The notes under the pieces: model-generated
What the model was told of the DNA's origin: nothing
The model's input: the letters and a program-made list of their open reading frames with translations, nothing else
Database searches by the model: none
Shown here: positions 1-13,560 of the stretch, in pieces
How the letters are laid out: each line of letters starts with the position of its first letter
Position numbering within the stretch: the first letter of the stretch is position 1
Made by a program: the position numbers and the translations under genes
Origin: Octopus sinensis
Taxonomy: Eukaryota
Length of the DNA: 64,000 bases
Reading direction: 5' to 3'
Assembly: GCF_006345805.1 (NCBI RefSeq)
Contig: NC_043011.1
Location: forward strand, 9,176,001 to 9,240,000

Positions 1-1552
1 TGTGAGAGATCTTGAAGAGACTTGGATGCCCGGTTAAGTTTCTCACTATTCCGAAGCAGTTTCAAGATGGTATGGAAATAAGGATCAGCATTGGTGGAAA
101 GCTCTCGGAGCCTATCTCTATCATGAATGGGGCAAAACAAAGTGACACACTAACACCCACTCTCTTCACCCTCTATTCTGCTATAATTTTGCAATTGGCT
201 TTCAAAGGCTCCTATATATCAGATACCACACACCAAGAAAAAATCTTTAACATTAGAAGACAGTCAGCTAAGTGAAGGACGTCCTCAACTCTTATCAGAG
301 AGACCTCCTCTTTGCAGATGATTGTGATATTGTCACCCATACCAAGGAGGACATGCAATTTCAATGGTTTGTGAGGCAATTGGCTTAATCACAAATCTAA
401 CTAAAACTGTTGTCATGTTTCAGCCAGCACCAGGAATGCCAGACATAGAACCTGGTATCTTCGTGTATGAAAGGAAACTTGCTGTGGTTTCTAAGCTTGT
501 TTACTTAGGGAGCACACTAAATACATCGGCGAGTCTTGATGATCAAGTGTCACTACGCATACAGAAAACCAGTTTTGGTTTTGGCAAAATGGAAGACCGC
601 CTTTGGTATTTTCAATTGACAAATGGGAAGATTTAGCGCATTGTCGAGAGAAACGGAAAAAAGTTGTGTATGAAGGCAAAACTGAATTTGTGTGATGATC
701 TTACATGTGATGAACGTGGAAAGATTTGTCATAGTGAGGCTGGGCTAAAGAGCCACATGAAATCACACACTTCACAACCGCGTTCATCTATATATATAAA
801 ACTCTAGTTGTGTGAGTGTCTGTCCCCTTCGATTTAGATTCCTAACTCCTCCCACATTTTGCGGTGCAGTTTAACCAAATTCGGGTATCTTATAGTCGTG
901 ATTCATATCGAGCCCGTCTGAGTATTAGCGCGCGTCAACGATGAGTCTACGATTTTAAAAATAATTTAACATCATTTTTTATTCCATTTTAATGCATAAT
1001 TTTTCGTGTGTCGATGGCGGCGGAGTTGGCGTCCACGCTCACAGCTGCACCTGTTTGCTTCTCCCCCTTCCCTCCCTCGTGAAGCTGTGGGGAAGGGAGT
1101 GTAAGGAAATCAACGTCGTAATGCGTTGTCAAGGAGACCAGCGTTCTTTTAGAACAACGACTTCATGGGTTGAAGACACCAAAACAGAAATGGCTAAGAA
1201 AGCCCGAATTGGCATCTATAAGGGAAGTAACTCTCTAAAAATTCTTATATAGTTATTTCCCTTACAAACCCGAGCAACGCCGGGCGATACTGTTAGTTGA
1301 TTATAAATGAGCAGATGATTTCGAAAACATATTCTGTCATAGAATTAAAAAGTGGCTTGAAAAGGCAGAGTAAAGTTGATGGAGCTGTAAACTATACAAT
1401 CACCAAGTTTTCTTACACTGATTGTCAAGAAGCATGCAAGTCTTTGGCAGGCCTCAAAAACCATATTCGTGCAGCTCATCGATGATGTTATGGGCATAAA
1501 GAAATCAGGCAATGGCTCTACTCGAAATCGCGTAACCGTCACATACATACAT
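1..1552 (+). mobile_element. Degenerate RTE-clade LINE (RT C-terminal half plus C2H2 zinc fingers), interrupted by a Helitron
   Basis: RT motifs NGAKQSDTLTPTLFTLY, LLFADDC and YLGSTL, with frameshifts. C2H2-like motifs KICHSEAGLKSHMKSH (721-770) and CQEACKSLAGLKNHIRAAH (about 1420-1480). Short (CATA)n tail near 1540. Clade assignment comes from recalled RTE motifs. Confidence 0.75.
787..1296 (+). mobile_element. Non-autonomous Helitron (copy A)
   Basis: 5' TC at 787 after A786; subterminal hairpin CCCGAGCAACGCCGGG at 1269-1284; 3' end TTAG (CTAG variant) followed by T1297; no TSD. Its first about 210 bp match the 5' end of the Helitron at 37587-38432 (-). Confidence 0.85.
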
Positions 1553-2050
1553 AGTGGCTGCTCCCTCATTATCGAGTATGGCCATTGCACGAAGCTTAAT
1601 CAATGTTGTTATCGTGCAATGCCTGTGCAAGAAGATTTTTTTTAAAGTGAGGAAAGGCTGTGCACTGAGTCAATCCCACTCACTAAGCAACAGCAGCCAT
1701 AATCCGAAAAGAAGAACAAGTCAACATCATCGGTAACCACTGAGCCGCAGGTTTTATGTCGAGTTATCCCAGTTACCTGAGTTACCTTCTCCTAGAAGGA
1801 TTCCCTAACAAAGGCTAGGAGTCCTTCACTCCCAATGGTTTAACCGCGCGATCGGGGATTCAGTCCGATTATTTCTATGTCCCCGCGCATGATACATCCT
1901 TAAGACATTTATTGGATGGCCGTTGACTCTCAAGAGTTCCTCCGCCCTTTGACGGGTTTTGGTGGGGTTGCCGGTTTAGTCGCCGACGACCCGACCATGC
2001 AACAGGTTGTACTGGGTTACATGTTACCAGTAGCACGCGAAAGTGACCTG
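1553..2050 (-). mobile_element. Probable non-coding 5' fragment of a non-LTR element
   Basis: GC-richer block bounded by (CATA)n. It resembles RTE-type 5' regions by recollection only; no protein motif. Confidence 0.3.
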
Positions 2051-2084
2051 ACATACATACATACATACATAAATACATATGTAT

Positions 2085-2438
2085 AGGAGTGGCTGTGTGG
2101 TAAGAAGCTTGTTTGCCAACCACATGGCTCCGGGTTCAGTCCCACTGCGTGGCACCTTGGGCAAGTGTCTTCTACAATAGCTTCGGGCAGACCAAAGCCT
2201 TGTGAGTGTATGTGGTGGACAGAAACAGAAAGAAGCCCGTCGTATACATATATGTATGTATTTGTGTGTCTGTGTTTGTCCTCACACGGTCGCTTGACAA
2301 CCGATGTTGGTGTGTTTACGTCCTCCTAACCGGTAGAATAAGTATTAGGCCTACAAAGGATAAGTCCAGGGGCCGATTTGTTCGACTAAATGTGGTGCTC
2401 CAGTACGGCCGCAGTCAAATATTGAAACAAGTAAAAGG
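2085..2438 (+). mobile_element. tRNA-derived SINE, family A
   Basis: A-box-like TGGCTGTGTGG and B-box-like GGTTCAGTCCC; colinear second copy at 28282-28680. Confidence 0.85.
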
Positions 2439-2547
2439 ATATATATATGTAAGGGATATAATTAATAAATATCCTGGAAACAGCTGTAAGGCCTTCTATC
2501 TATAAATGTTCTAATATCTACACAGCCTTGGTTTTTTTATCTCATTG

Positions 2548-2613
<66 letters not shown>

Positions 2614-2621
2614 TATATACG

Positions 2622-2923
2622 GGTGTGTGTGATTGTGTATAGAAGAATATATTAATAAAAGGAATTCCAACCTTGTCTGATTTTCACGTTTTATTTACAA
2701 TCTTATAATGATATAATATAATATAATATAATAAAATAAAATATTAGAATGTTAAATGTTCATCATGTTTGAACTAGTACTTTCATGCATTAAATTCTGC
2801 AATCTTCAGGTTCATGTAGTAGTTGTGACAGTCATGCTTCACAATTTTTGACTGTCAAAAATTGTGAAGCATGACTGTCACCACTTTTATTAATATATTC
2901 TTCTATACACAATCACACACACC
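2622..2923 (-). mobile_element. 302-bp element with perfect 40-bp terminal inverted repeats and an internal hammerhead motif (probably Penelope-derived)
   Basis: 2622-2661 is the exact reverse complement of 2884-2923; (TA)n on both sides; hammerhead at 2770-2814; perfect palindrome at 2825-2881. Confidence 0.7.
2770..2814 (-). ncRNA. Minimal type-I hammerhead ribozyme motif
   Basis: Minus strand reads TGAAC-CTGAAGA-T-TGCA-GAATTTAA-TGCA-T-GAA-AGTACT-A-GTTCA: 5-bp stem I, canonical CUGANGA and GAAA core, 4-bp stem II, palindromic stem III, CUA cleavage triplet. Confidence 0.75.
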
Positions 2924-2924
2924 T

Positions 2925-2960
<36 letters not shown>

Positions 2961-3049
2961 TAAAGATTACTGTACATTTATCGCTTCTAATAAATCAACA
3001 GCGATTCATGCAGGCATGCAGTCATGAGAAGCACCCATAAATTCCATGG

Positions 3050-3990
3050 AATTCATGTCCGTAATGCAAGTCATATGCTACAATATTGTCCCAGAGAGGA
3101 AGGCCACTACACATAAGAACAAGAGGAAGGCCTCTACACATAAGAACAGGGAACTGTGTTGGGGTCACAGCTGCTCAGATATCCACTCTTGCTAGCTATG
3201 CATGATACAAAGGCCTCTCAGATGGAACAGATACCTGAAGATGTTGCGCTGCCAACACACGAAGCCGAATGAAAAGTAAAGTAGTTAGGATACACTGGCG
3301 CAGGAGGAATTGCAATTCCTGAATCAAAATCAGTGCGCGACTTGGGCACTGGTGTGAGTAATGATGTATTTTTCCAGGTGCATATTACTAAGTTGACAAT
3401 AAAATGCAGCCGGTTGGCCGGACGGGTCCTTAGAACTTTCAGAACGAGAGAACGGGAAACCTTGATGATTCTCTGTCATTTAGCTTACTGCTGCCAACAA
3501 TGATCACCAATGGTAAAATTAACGTCGGAGCTCGAAGCAATCCTGCGGAGCTACACAAAGAAGATCGTCTGAATGTGACACGTCAGCGACTGAGAGAGAC
3601 TGAAAAGATTAAGACTCAACTCCCAAGAACGAAGACGGGGAAGTTACACCGTAATATACACCTGGAAAATCCTAGAAGAACTTGTACCAAACTTTGGCAT
3701 TGAAAGTTACACAAACAGCGCCATTGCATAGTACCAAATTTCCCCAAATTACCATCAGGATACTAAACCAGATTCTGCAATAGCTTTGGTTTTAAGGGCT
3801 CACAAGCCTTCAATATCCTCCCTCAAAGCCTGCCAAACCTACATGGGGTGGATCTAGGCATTTTCAAAGCAAAACCGGATTTCCTCCAGTCAAGAATTCC
3901 GAATGAGCCTATCTCGCAGCAAGAAACGCAGGTGAGGGCAGCAACACTAAACTCCCTCATTCACCAAATGCCGCACATCAGAGGAGGTTT
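3050..3990 (+). mobile_element. Degenerate CR1/L2-type LINE 3' region
   Basis: Translation IPESKSVRDLGTGVSNDVFFQVHITKLTIKCSRLAGRVLRTFRTRERETLMIL resembles the CR1 post-RT region; many stops. Confidence 0.6.
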
Positions 3991-4040
3991 AACGGCAGTG
4001 CCCCAGCATAGCCGCAGCTCCCGGTCTGATACTAGTAAAG

Positions 4041-4088
<48 letters not shown>

Positions 4089-4199
4089 ATTTTCAGGATG
4101 GTAATTTTTTTCCCCCAACTCGCTCTATATCGTTTTTCACTCGTTTATTACTGTTCTTCTTTTAACTCATGTCTATTGTCCGGACAATGAAGACGAGTT

Positions 4200-4770
4200 A
4201 AAATAAAGAGAAAGCGTCCTTGAGAACCGAGCGTGCGATGTCAAAAATGGTACTGCGAGGTGGCCGCACAATGTTGCAACCAACAGTGTCACAACACATC
4301 GTAGCAATGTGCAATAGTATCGTTGCAGAACCGACTACATTTAGGACAATCTCAGATTGTAGACTCTCCTTGATCGAAAGTGCCTCATGCAGCTTCATTC
4401 CCGACTTTCCCTATAATCCCTTACATGTAATCGGGATTGTCCTGAATAGGTCTTCGCGGGGTTGAACAAGTTTGAGCGTCTCGGACTCCGCCATCGACTG
4501 GAAGCTCTTAACGTCTTAGTAAGCACCTTTGCCTAAATGTTCAATCTCTGTATTTAGCAGAATTACGGACCTGAAGCAGTTTATTACGTTTCCTTTGGGT
4601 CATTTCTTAGCAGCGTTCCCTGGTTCAAACGACTGGATACATTCCCTACCCTCTACCTACCAACATATCTGGTAGGTTAGAACATCCAGTCCTAGTGTGG
4701 GTATTTACCTCACACAGTCGATCAAATCTAGAGAAAGTTCTCCAATAATTTTTTTTTCTTTATCGCAACT
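4200..4770 (-). mobile_element. Degenerate L1/Tx1-type RT fragment
   Basis: Frameshifted motifs FRSVILLNTEI, AKVLTK and QTC..RRPIQDN match the L1/Tx1 RT N-terminal region. Confidence 0.5.
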
Positions 4771-4970
4771 ACTCGGTGTCACGACAGCTGTCGAAGGAGG
4801 CACGATGGTCCATTTTCTTCAGAAATTGTCGAGGCTTTAGTTCAATAGACATAACTTGAATATAAAAAAGCCATTTAATGTGGCTCTCTACCGATTCTAC
4901 TACACACCTGCCTTAAAAAGCAAAACTAATAAACAATGACAATGGCAGCGTGGAAAATGTTTGTAAGCCG

Positions 4971-5050
4971 TTTGAGACCGCGACCTGTTCACTGACAAAA
5001 CTTCCTGCTGCAGCGCGAAGCTTTGTCAGTGAACAGGTCGCGGTCTGAAA
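4971..5050. repeat. GC-rich near-perfect hairpin (25-bp perfect stem)
   Basis: 4975-4999 is the exact reverse complement of 5022-5046; inner CTTC/GAAG pairing; outer TTT/AAA. Confidence 0.9.
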
Positions 5051-5090
<40 letters not shown>

Positions 5091-5512
5091 GACACAAATT
5101 AAATTTAAATGTTGAAGTGAGACTAACGGTTTTTGTGTGTTCTTAGATCAAGTCACTTGCTATGCAAGTGAATCTCCGAAATAAACAATGAAAATAATAA
5201 AAATACGGAAATAAACGAATTACTGAAAAGATTATCCTAGTAGAGGAAGGGGAATAACTCTTGTCAATATTTCATACAAACTTAACTTCAGTTTGAGTCA
5301 TGAAGAATGTCGAAGATTTTGAACCTCGAAGCCAACGGTGCGCGTCACGTTAGCAGAAGCACATTGAGTTTAAAACCTAGGACACCTCATTGTTAACCAG
5401 ATCCACGTCATATTTATTAGTGCTTAAGAGTCAAGGCTCTAGTCATGCAAATGTTGGGGGCAGGAGCATACTGCAATTAACGGCTGCTTTTGTTGGTATT
5501 AAGTTTTAATAC

Positions 5513-5569
<57 letters not shown>

Positions 5570-5788
5570 AGAGAGAGACTTAGCTACTCAAATCCCACCT
5601 GAGTTATTTCCCATGATGATTAAATTGATCAAAATATAATTTGAGTTAATGCCGTTCTTTCCTGAACACATAATTAACTATCTAATGTCCCCAGCATTAA
5701 ATGTATTTAGTTATTTATTTTAATTAGTGCATTTATTTATTATGATCCTTACTGGTTTTAAGAATACTTATACTTTATCGAGGTATGT

Positions 5789-5901
<113 letters not shown>

Positions 5902-5990
5902 ATATGTCTCTGTCTGTCTATCCACACACACACACACACACAATTTTAAATATGTATGTATGTATATTTATTTAAACTTCTTTCCAACAG

Positions 5991-6077
5991 GTGAAAGACT
6001 TTCAGATCGTGAGGTGAATGAAATCTTCCAGTTTACAGAATTACGAGAAAATATTGACGGCAACGTGAAATATGAAG
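5991..6077 (+). CDS. Myosin essential light chain paralog A, penultimate coding exon
   Basis: Acceptor ttctttccaacag, donor gtaagg, 87 nt, phase 1-1. Encodes GERLSDREVNEIFQFTELRENIDGNVKYE, 16/29 identical to the same-sized exon of paralog B. Confidence 0.92.
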
Positions 6078-6364
6078 GTAAGGAACTTAGTTATCTCCCT
6101 TCATGACACACCTGACTGACTATGCCATTAGCGATTGATTGCGGAACAGGTGATTGATTGTTTCGCAATAGTTTGATTAGGATACGGTTGATTGATCATG
6201 ATATGATTGATAATGACAACTCATTCATTAATAACACGGATTGCTTATTATATAGGTAACCTCTTAGCCCGTATGTAATGATAAAACTAGAATATTATGG
6301 ACATAGCTAGCATGTTAAGAATTACTTTAGCTCATTGTGACATAGCTGAAGGACTATAATACTG

Positions 6365-6572
6365 ATTTCAAGTTTGGGACAAGGCCAACGATTTCGGGAG
6401 TCGGGGATCGATCACAGCGATCCCAATGTTCAACTCGTCCTTATTGTATCGACCTGAAAGGATAAAAATGCAAAGTCGACCGCGGCGGAATTTGGACTTA
6501 AAACGTAAAACCGAAGGAACTGCCGCCACTAAGCGTTCTTCGCAGCGCTCTGACGATTCTTCGACTCGCCGA
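6365..6572 (-). mobile_element. tRNA-derived SINE, family C
   Basis: Reverse complement of the family core gaggtcgactttgcctttcatcc...gataaaataagtaccag seen at many window sites. Confidence 0.7.
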
Positions 6573-6845
6573 CGGAAGAACTATAATATTGCCAAAATAT
6601 TCTGACATTTCTGATTAATTATGAGATTGCAAATTAGATTTCTGGCTTAATTAGACAATTTATATCGAATTAGAATTCCATCCGGTTTATAATAACTGTG
6701 CAGTGTTCCAGATTTTCTTCTCAAAAATTTACCTGATCACATAAATGGCACACGACCATATTAACCACATCCTTCGGAGTCTATTTTTTTCTTTTTTTCG
6801 AGAAAAAGTGCGTCCTATGCGCATCAAATTTGTAGTTATATATGC

Positions 6846-7945
6846 ACACATACACACATACATACATACATACATACATACATACATACATACATACATA
6901 CATACATACATACATACATACATACATACATTCATGCATGCACACACACATACATACATACATACATACATACATACATACATACATTCATGCAGGCACA
7001 CACACATACATACATACATACAGACATACATACATACATACATACAGACATACATACACACATACATACATACATACATACATACATACATGCATGCACA
7101 CACACATACATACATACATACATACATACATACATACATACATACATGCATGCACACACATACATACATACATACATACATACATACATACATACATACA
7201 TACATGCATGCATACACACATACATACATACATACATACATACATACATACATACATACATACATACATACACACATACATACATACATACATGCATACA
7301 TACATACATGTATACATACATACACACACATACATACATACATACATACATAATACATACATACATACATGCAGACATACATACATGCATGCATACACAC
7401 ATACATACATACATACATGTATATATACATACATACATGTATACATACATACATGTATACATACATACATACATACATACATACATACATACATACATAC
7501 ATACATACATACATGTATACATACATACACACACATACATACATACATATATACATACATACATACATGTATACATACATACATACATACATGCATGCAT
7601 ACATACATACATACATACATATACACACACATACATAATACATACATACATACATGCAGACATACATACATACATACATACATACATACATACATACACA
7701 ATACATACATACATACATACATACATACATACATACATACATACATACATACATACATGTATACATACATACATACATACATACATACATACATACATAC
7801 ATACATACATACATGTATACATACATACATACATACATGCATGCATACACACATACATACATACATACATGTATATATACATACATACATACATACATAC
7901 ATACATTACATACATACATATAACATACATACATACATACATACA

Positions 7946-7977
<32 letters not shown>

Positions 7978-8122
7978 ACATACATACATACATACTACAT
8001 ACATACATACATACATACATACATACATACATACATACATACATACATACATGTATATATACATACATACATACATACATACATACATACATACATACAT
8101 ACATACATACATACATACATAC

Positions 8123-8183
<61 letters not shown>

Positions 8184-8254
8184 CATACATACATACATAC
8201 ATACATACATACATACATACATACATACATACATACATACATACATACATACAT
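6846..8254 (+). repeat. About 1.4-kb imperfect (CATA)n microsatellite
   Basis: Direct reading; source of the spurious HTYI/MYVC ORFs. Confidence 0.97.
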
Positions 8255-10169
8255 GCTTTGGGCAAGTCAGTGATCTCTTTCGTTGATATCGTAGCTCACC
8301 AACCACTGAAGAGGCATCTATGTGTGGGTCGCTCGACATGCTAGACGTAGCAAACAAATCTCTCTCAAATACCACCACAATGTCCTTAAAATAGGAAAAC
8401 GCACATTCTATATAATCTGTGAAAGTCCAAGAAATTTATGAAAGTCTCTCGGTTTGCCACATTAAGGACGCTAGCTTTGCTATTACCGCTTAACTGTCAA
8501 GTTTTCTTGCAGCTGGCGTCCATGAATATTTTACTCAATCATGTAATACTCTATGCATTCTCTATAACCTTATATATCTTCCCAGTTACTCCAATATTTA
8601 GCAATCCTTGTTCAAGTTTCACTGATGATAGAAACACAAACTGTGTTGTCTCCCCTCTCCTCAAGTTCAGACTCATTCAACAATGGATTCCATATTTGAT
8701 AGCATTTTAGATCATTAAAATTTTGTAATTGTCTCCCCTAACTCCACCCCCTCCGACATCTGCATCTCTTTACAAGAAGAGATTATTTTCATAATGATCG
8801 TAGTCATCATTAAAATACTTTTATTGATTACATTTTCTTTCAAATATGATAACATGATGCCATATACCACACACGCACACCCACACACACGCACACCCAC
8901 ACACACGCACACACACGCACACACACACGCACGCATTGTTTTATTTTCCCCCATATTTCATCCAAAAAGCTCGCAGAGGCACCATCCATATTCTTTTATT
9001 CTTTCTTTTATACGTTTTCATACCAAAGGCTGTGTCATGCTGGAGCAGCGCCAGTGCAATCGCCTTTCCAATGATTATTCTTAAGCGAATGGATTTTGTA
9101 ATATATTTAATATTTAATATTTAAATGGATAGGAATTGCCATTTAACCAGGAAGGGGTTCAATGCTCAGAAAGTGAAGCGAAGTGTTATTGGTAAATCGT
9201 GATTGGAACGACTCAGTTGTAAGGAAAATATCGAGAAATTAGGGAAGACAAATATAAATGTTGAAAACCATTCGCTAGAAGCTGTGGAGCGTTGCAAATA
9301 GACTAATTGAAACTCTAAATTAATGATAAAATGACTTTGTAAATAAACTATGAAATGACTAAAAAAAAAATATTAAGAAATTTTTCAAAATTCGACAAAA
9401 AATGGAAAATAAAATTGGGTTATTGAAATAAGTTAAATGAAATAAGAAAATGGTTAACAGAGTTATAAAAGAATAACGAGTGAAGAATAATGAATGATGA
9501 GACAGATATTTTCGAATACGAAAGAAAAGTTTAAAATATTTCATAAAAAATTCGTCAAAAGGCAGCGTGTACTTTATAAAAGGACCATGTTTTAAATATA
9601 ATTATTATTGGTGGAAAATGATAAATTTCAATAAGCGTAAAGAAGATAAATTGAATAGGCGCAATTGGTATGTAAGAGAGCGAACAGAATAGGTAAAATG
9701 AGGTTGGTACCTACTAAAAAGCAAGTAGTCTGAAATTAGTTTTAAAAAGTGAAGAAGATAGTAAAATAATTAGCAGAATCCAATCATGTTCTTAATGAGA
9801 AACAAAAGTTAGAGGCATGTTTAGAGGTCAAGGAATGGGTGCTGTAGTAAATTAGTAGGTATAAAAGAAAGAAAGAAAAAAAGAGGTCAAATGATTTAGT
9901 GAGAAACCAATAAGAAGAAAAGAACTCAATGGATAAAGTAAGATTAACAGTAAATATTTTAGAGATAAAAGTATGTTCTTATTTGGTGGGCTTCGTAGAA
10001 ATGGGATTATGTTTACAAAAGATTTATTAATTTATTTACTTAATTGCGTTTATTCGTGTAAATTTGACAAATAAAATAACTGAACTTTCCGTGATACATA
10101 AATTGCAGGGTCTCTTAACCTTTGCAGGCTTCGAAGCTTACAAGGCTCAGTATTTCACTAGTACTTACG

Positions 10170-10325
10170 TTTGGAGTTCGCATTACACCGAAATCGACTT
10201 TGGCTTTCATCTTTTCAGGGGTCGATGATATATGTACCAGTAGAGCACTGGAGTCGATCTAGTCGACTAGCTCCCCACTCCACATCAGACAAAATTTTCA
10301 CGTCTTATGCCTATAGTAGAAAGGG
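10170..10325 (+). mobile_element. Degraded SINE, family C
   Basis: Diverged core gactttggcttttcatc...gggtcgatg...gtaccag. Confidence 0.55.
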
Positions 10326-10485
10326 TATCTATATATTTATACATGAAGGTATATATCCATACATACACCATATACAGATTTCTGCAATCAAATCTACACT
10401 GGTGTGCATTTCCCTCTTTCGCAACCGTACATAAATGCGTGTATGTACATAAGAGAAAGCGAATATATGTGTGTGTGTGAATATG

Positions 10486-10531
<46 letters not shown>

Positions 10532-10565
10532 ATGTATATATATATTATAATATATATATATATAT

Positions 10566-10596
<31 letters not shown>

Positions 10597-10984
10597 TATA
10601 TATATGTATGTATATGTATATATATGTATATATATGTATGTATATATATATATATATATATATACATATATGTTTATATATATATATTCGCGCACACACA
10701 CACATATATATATGTATGTATGCATGTATGTATACATATTGTGTATATATATACGTGTATATGCATACATGCATAGACATACACATACATGCAAACACAT
10801 GCACAAACGCGCACACACACACACACACATACACACACACACATTTCTATACATTGTAACGTTCGGTAATAGTTTTATGTAAGAAAATCACCGTAAAATA
10901 CAGGTGGAAGTACAAATATTTACTTTTGTAATCGTATTTTCTATATGTAATTTGCTTGTGCTACGTCGCATATAAAACCCAAAC

Positions 10985-11050
<66 letters not shown>

Positions 11051-11450
11051 CATTATTATTATCATTATTATTATTATTATCGTTATTACTATTATCGTTA
11101 TTATTATTATCGTTATTATTATTTATTTCGCTAATGCAAGGGCGTTTTGAAAGCCCTGTGAATGAAGGAATATCTATAGATGCAGACGAACACACAGCCA
11201 CCGGTGCCAACGCTCGGACTGCTGCCACTAACACTCGCGCACACGCACACCTATGCATGCAGTCACATAGACTGGGACACGCTTAGAAGCATGCATCGCT
11301 CACCACACACACACACACACACACACGCATTCATCTGCACGTGTAGGGATTCCCTTTTATCCGGTTTCTCTTTCCTTTTCTCTCTCTCTCTCTCTGTCTC
11401 CTCTCAACGTGTGTACATACATACATACATACATTATGTACATACATACG

Positions 11451-11451
<1 letters not shown>

Positions 11452-11481
<30 letters not shown>

Positions 11482-11700
11482 TTGTATGTATGTATGTATG
11501 TATGTATGTATGTATGTATGTATGTATGCGTGCGTGTGTGTGTGTATATGTGTATGTATGTATGTGTGTATATATGTATGTATGTATATATGTATGTATG
11601 TATGTATTGTATGTATACATGTATGTATGTGTGTATATATGTATGTATGTATGTGTGATTATATGTATGTATATATGTATGTATGTATGTGTGTGTGTGT
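11452..11700 (+). repeat. (TATG)n/(TG)n microsatellite
   Basis: Direct reading; reverse complement of the (CATA)n array upstream. Confidence 0.9.
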
Positions 11701-13044
11701 GTGTGTGTATTTATGTTTGCATTTGTGTGTGTGTGTGTGTGTGTTCGTGTGCGCGCGTTTGTGTGTATGTAAGTATGTATATGAGTGTACTGAGGGAGTT
11801 AGGAAGAGTGAAAGGAACGAAATAAACAGAGAAAGTAAAGAAGAAAAACAAAAGAGAAGGATGTAAAGAAGATGGTGGCAGCGGGGGGGGGGGCGGAGCC
11901 TTCGGTGAATTTCAACCTGTTTAACTTATTTTTGGCCAATGTTCAAAGGAACATAAATATTCCCAGTTTGGTCGTTTAATGTAAACAAGAGAGAATTCTG
12001 CTGGGCAGATCAATACGGTAATATACATTGTGGTGAAAAGACTAGAAATGTTAAGCAAGATTCAAAGAGATTAACTGTCAATGTGGAACTGTGTAGCTGT
12101 CGTTGTTGGATATGTACACAATAAACTAAACAAACTGTTTTTGTAAGCCATGATGAAGGAATTACTGTTTCACAACGAGGCTCAGTAAGCGTTCCGCCAT
12201 TTTAACATCATCCATTTTAGATGAACATGGCGAATTTGTTTCACTAAACTGTTGCATCGTTTTCCAGTCACACACGGCAGATCAAGCGTAGAGCTATTCG
12301 CTGATTATTGATCTGATTTGTTGATTTGCAGGCAACAAAAGATTTTCTTCAGCATTATAGGATTTTTCTGTTAAACTTTGGTTGTGTGTTTTGCGTGCGT
12401 TTAAACTGTAGACACAAGAAATACAGAAGAAGCTGATGCAGTTAACATGTCAGAAACAATTTAGAGATCAATACCTCCTCTTTCCTGCCAACATCAATGA
12501 TGATTTGTCTAGGATTAGATACATAACTTGCATATAAAAATGAGAAACAATAACGTACAATATTGTGATGTTCATGCCTTTTCCTAAGGCATTGTTATTT
12601 TTGTGAGGAGAAATTACTGGAATCATCAAATACCAGAAAATACGTTTCAGTTGATTGGGCAGAAAAGAACGATGAGTTCTGCTGGAATAGTCGACGTTTT
12701 TCATTTGTAAATTATGTATAAATTATTTCCCTTGTATATATTCTATAAATTGGACGTGGGCGGGCGTTGTATTCTTTCTTGGCACACATGTGGAGACGGG
12801 TGCATAGATTGGAATGCAGTTTCTATTTTTTTCCTAATCCCCATACTTACCGAGAAAATTGATCTGAAGCTGCTTTCTGACCGGGGTGGGGGTGGGGGAA
12901 ATTTTCATACACCTGGAGGCTCCAATCGAAACAGGGGACCCGAAATCATAAGGTTGAGAAACACTGTTATAGATTATGCCTAACCGAAAATGATCGCACC
13001 CACATCATCCAAACAGACTGGGTGAAACCGGGCTTAGCTGCTAG

Positions 13045-13076
<32 letters not shown>

Positions 13077-13346
13077 ATATATATATATTGCATATGTGTA
13101 TGTTTGCATGTGTGTGTGTGTGTGTAAATAAGTTTGAGTATGTCTGCCCGCTAGCCCACCCCTCCATCTCTGCCCTTCACCTGCAGCATGAAAGAAGACG
13201 CTCTCCGTACAAACCTGCCACGACTTACAAATGCACATCCCTGTATACACGCACGTCCATTTTACTGTATACACCCATACATATCATTACGTACATATTA
13301 CTGCCTACATACAGGTATATGAGTGCATAGTATATATACACACACT

Positions 13347-13560
13347 GAAGGAGGGAGCTGGTAGAATCGTTAACACGCCAGGCAAAGTGCTTGGGAGCAT
13401 TTCGTCTGTCATTACGTTCTGAGTTCAAATTCCGCTGAGGTCGACTTTGCCTTTCATCCTCCTGGGGTCGATAAAATAAGTACCAGTTGAACACTGGGGT
13501 CGATGTAACTGACTTACCCTCTTCCCCGAAATTGCAGGCCTTGTGCCAACATTCAAAACC
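13347..13560 (+). mobile_element. tRNA-derived SINE, family C (near full length)
   Basis: A-box-like gagctggtagaatcg and B-box-like gagttcaaattc, followed by the family core. Confidence 0.85.

Noticed and set aside
6729-8378. Long ORFs of up to 427 aa (HTYI/MYVC repeats), and similar ORFs across the window
   Set aside because: They are translations of stop-free microsatellites, not genes.
12185-12240. Two opposed YY1-like motifs and a short MAERLLSLVVKQ* frame
   Set aside because: The frame closes after 12 codons, the motif is common, and there is no supporting exon structure.
12952-12966. hAT-like terminal sequence ggttgagaaacactg
   Set aside because: No matching opposite terminus or TSD was found.
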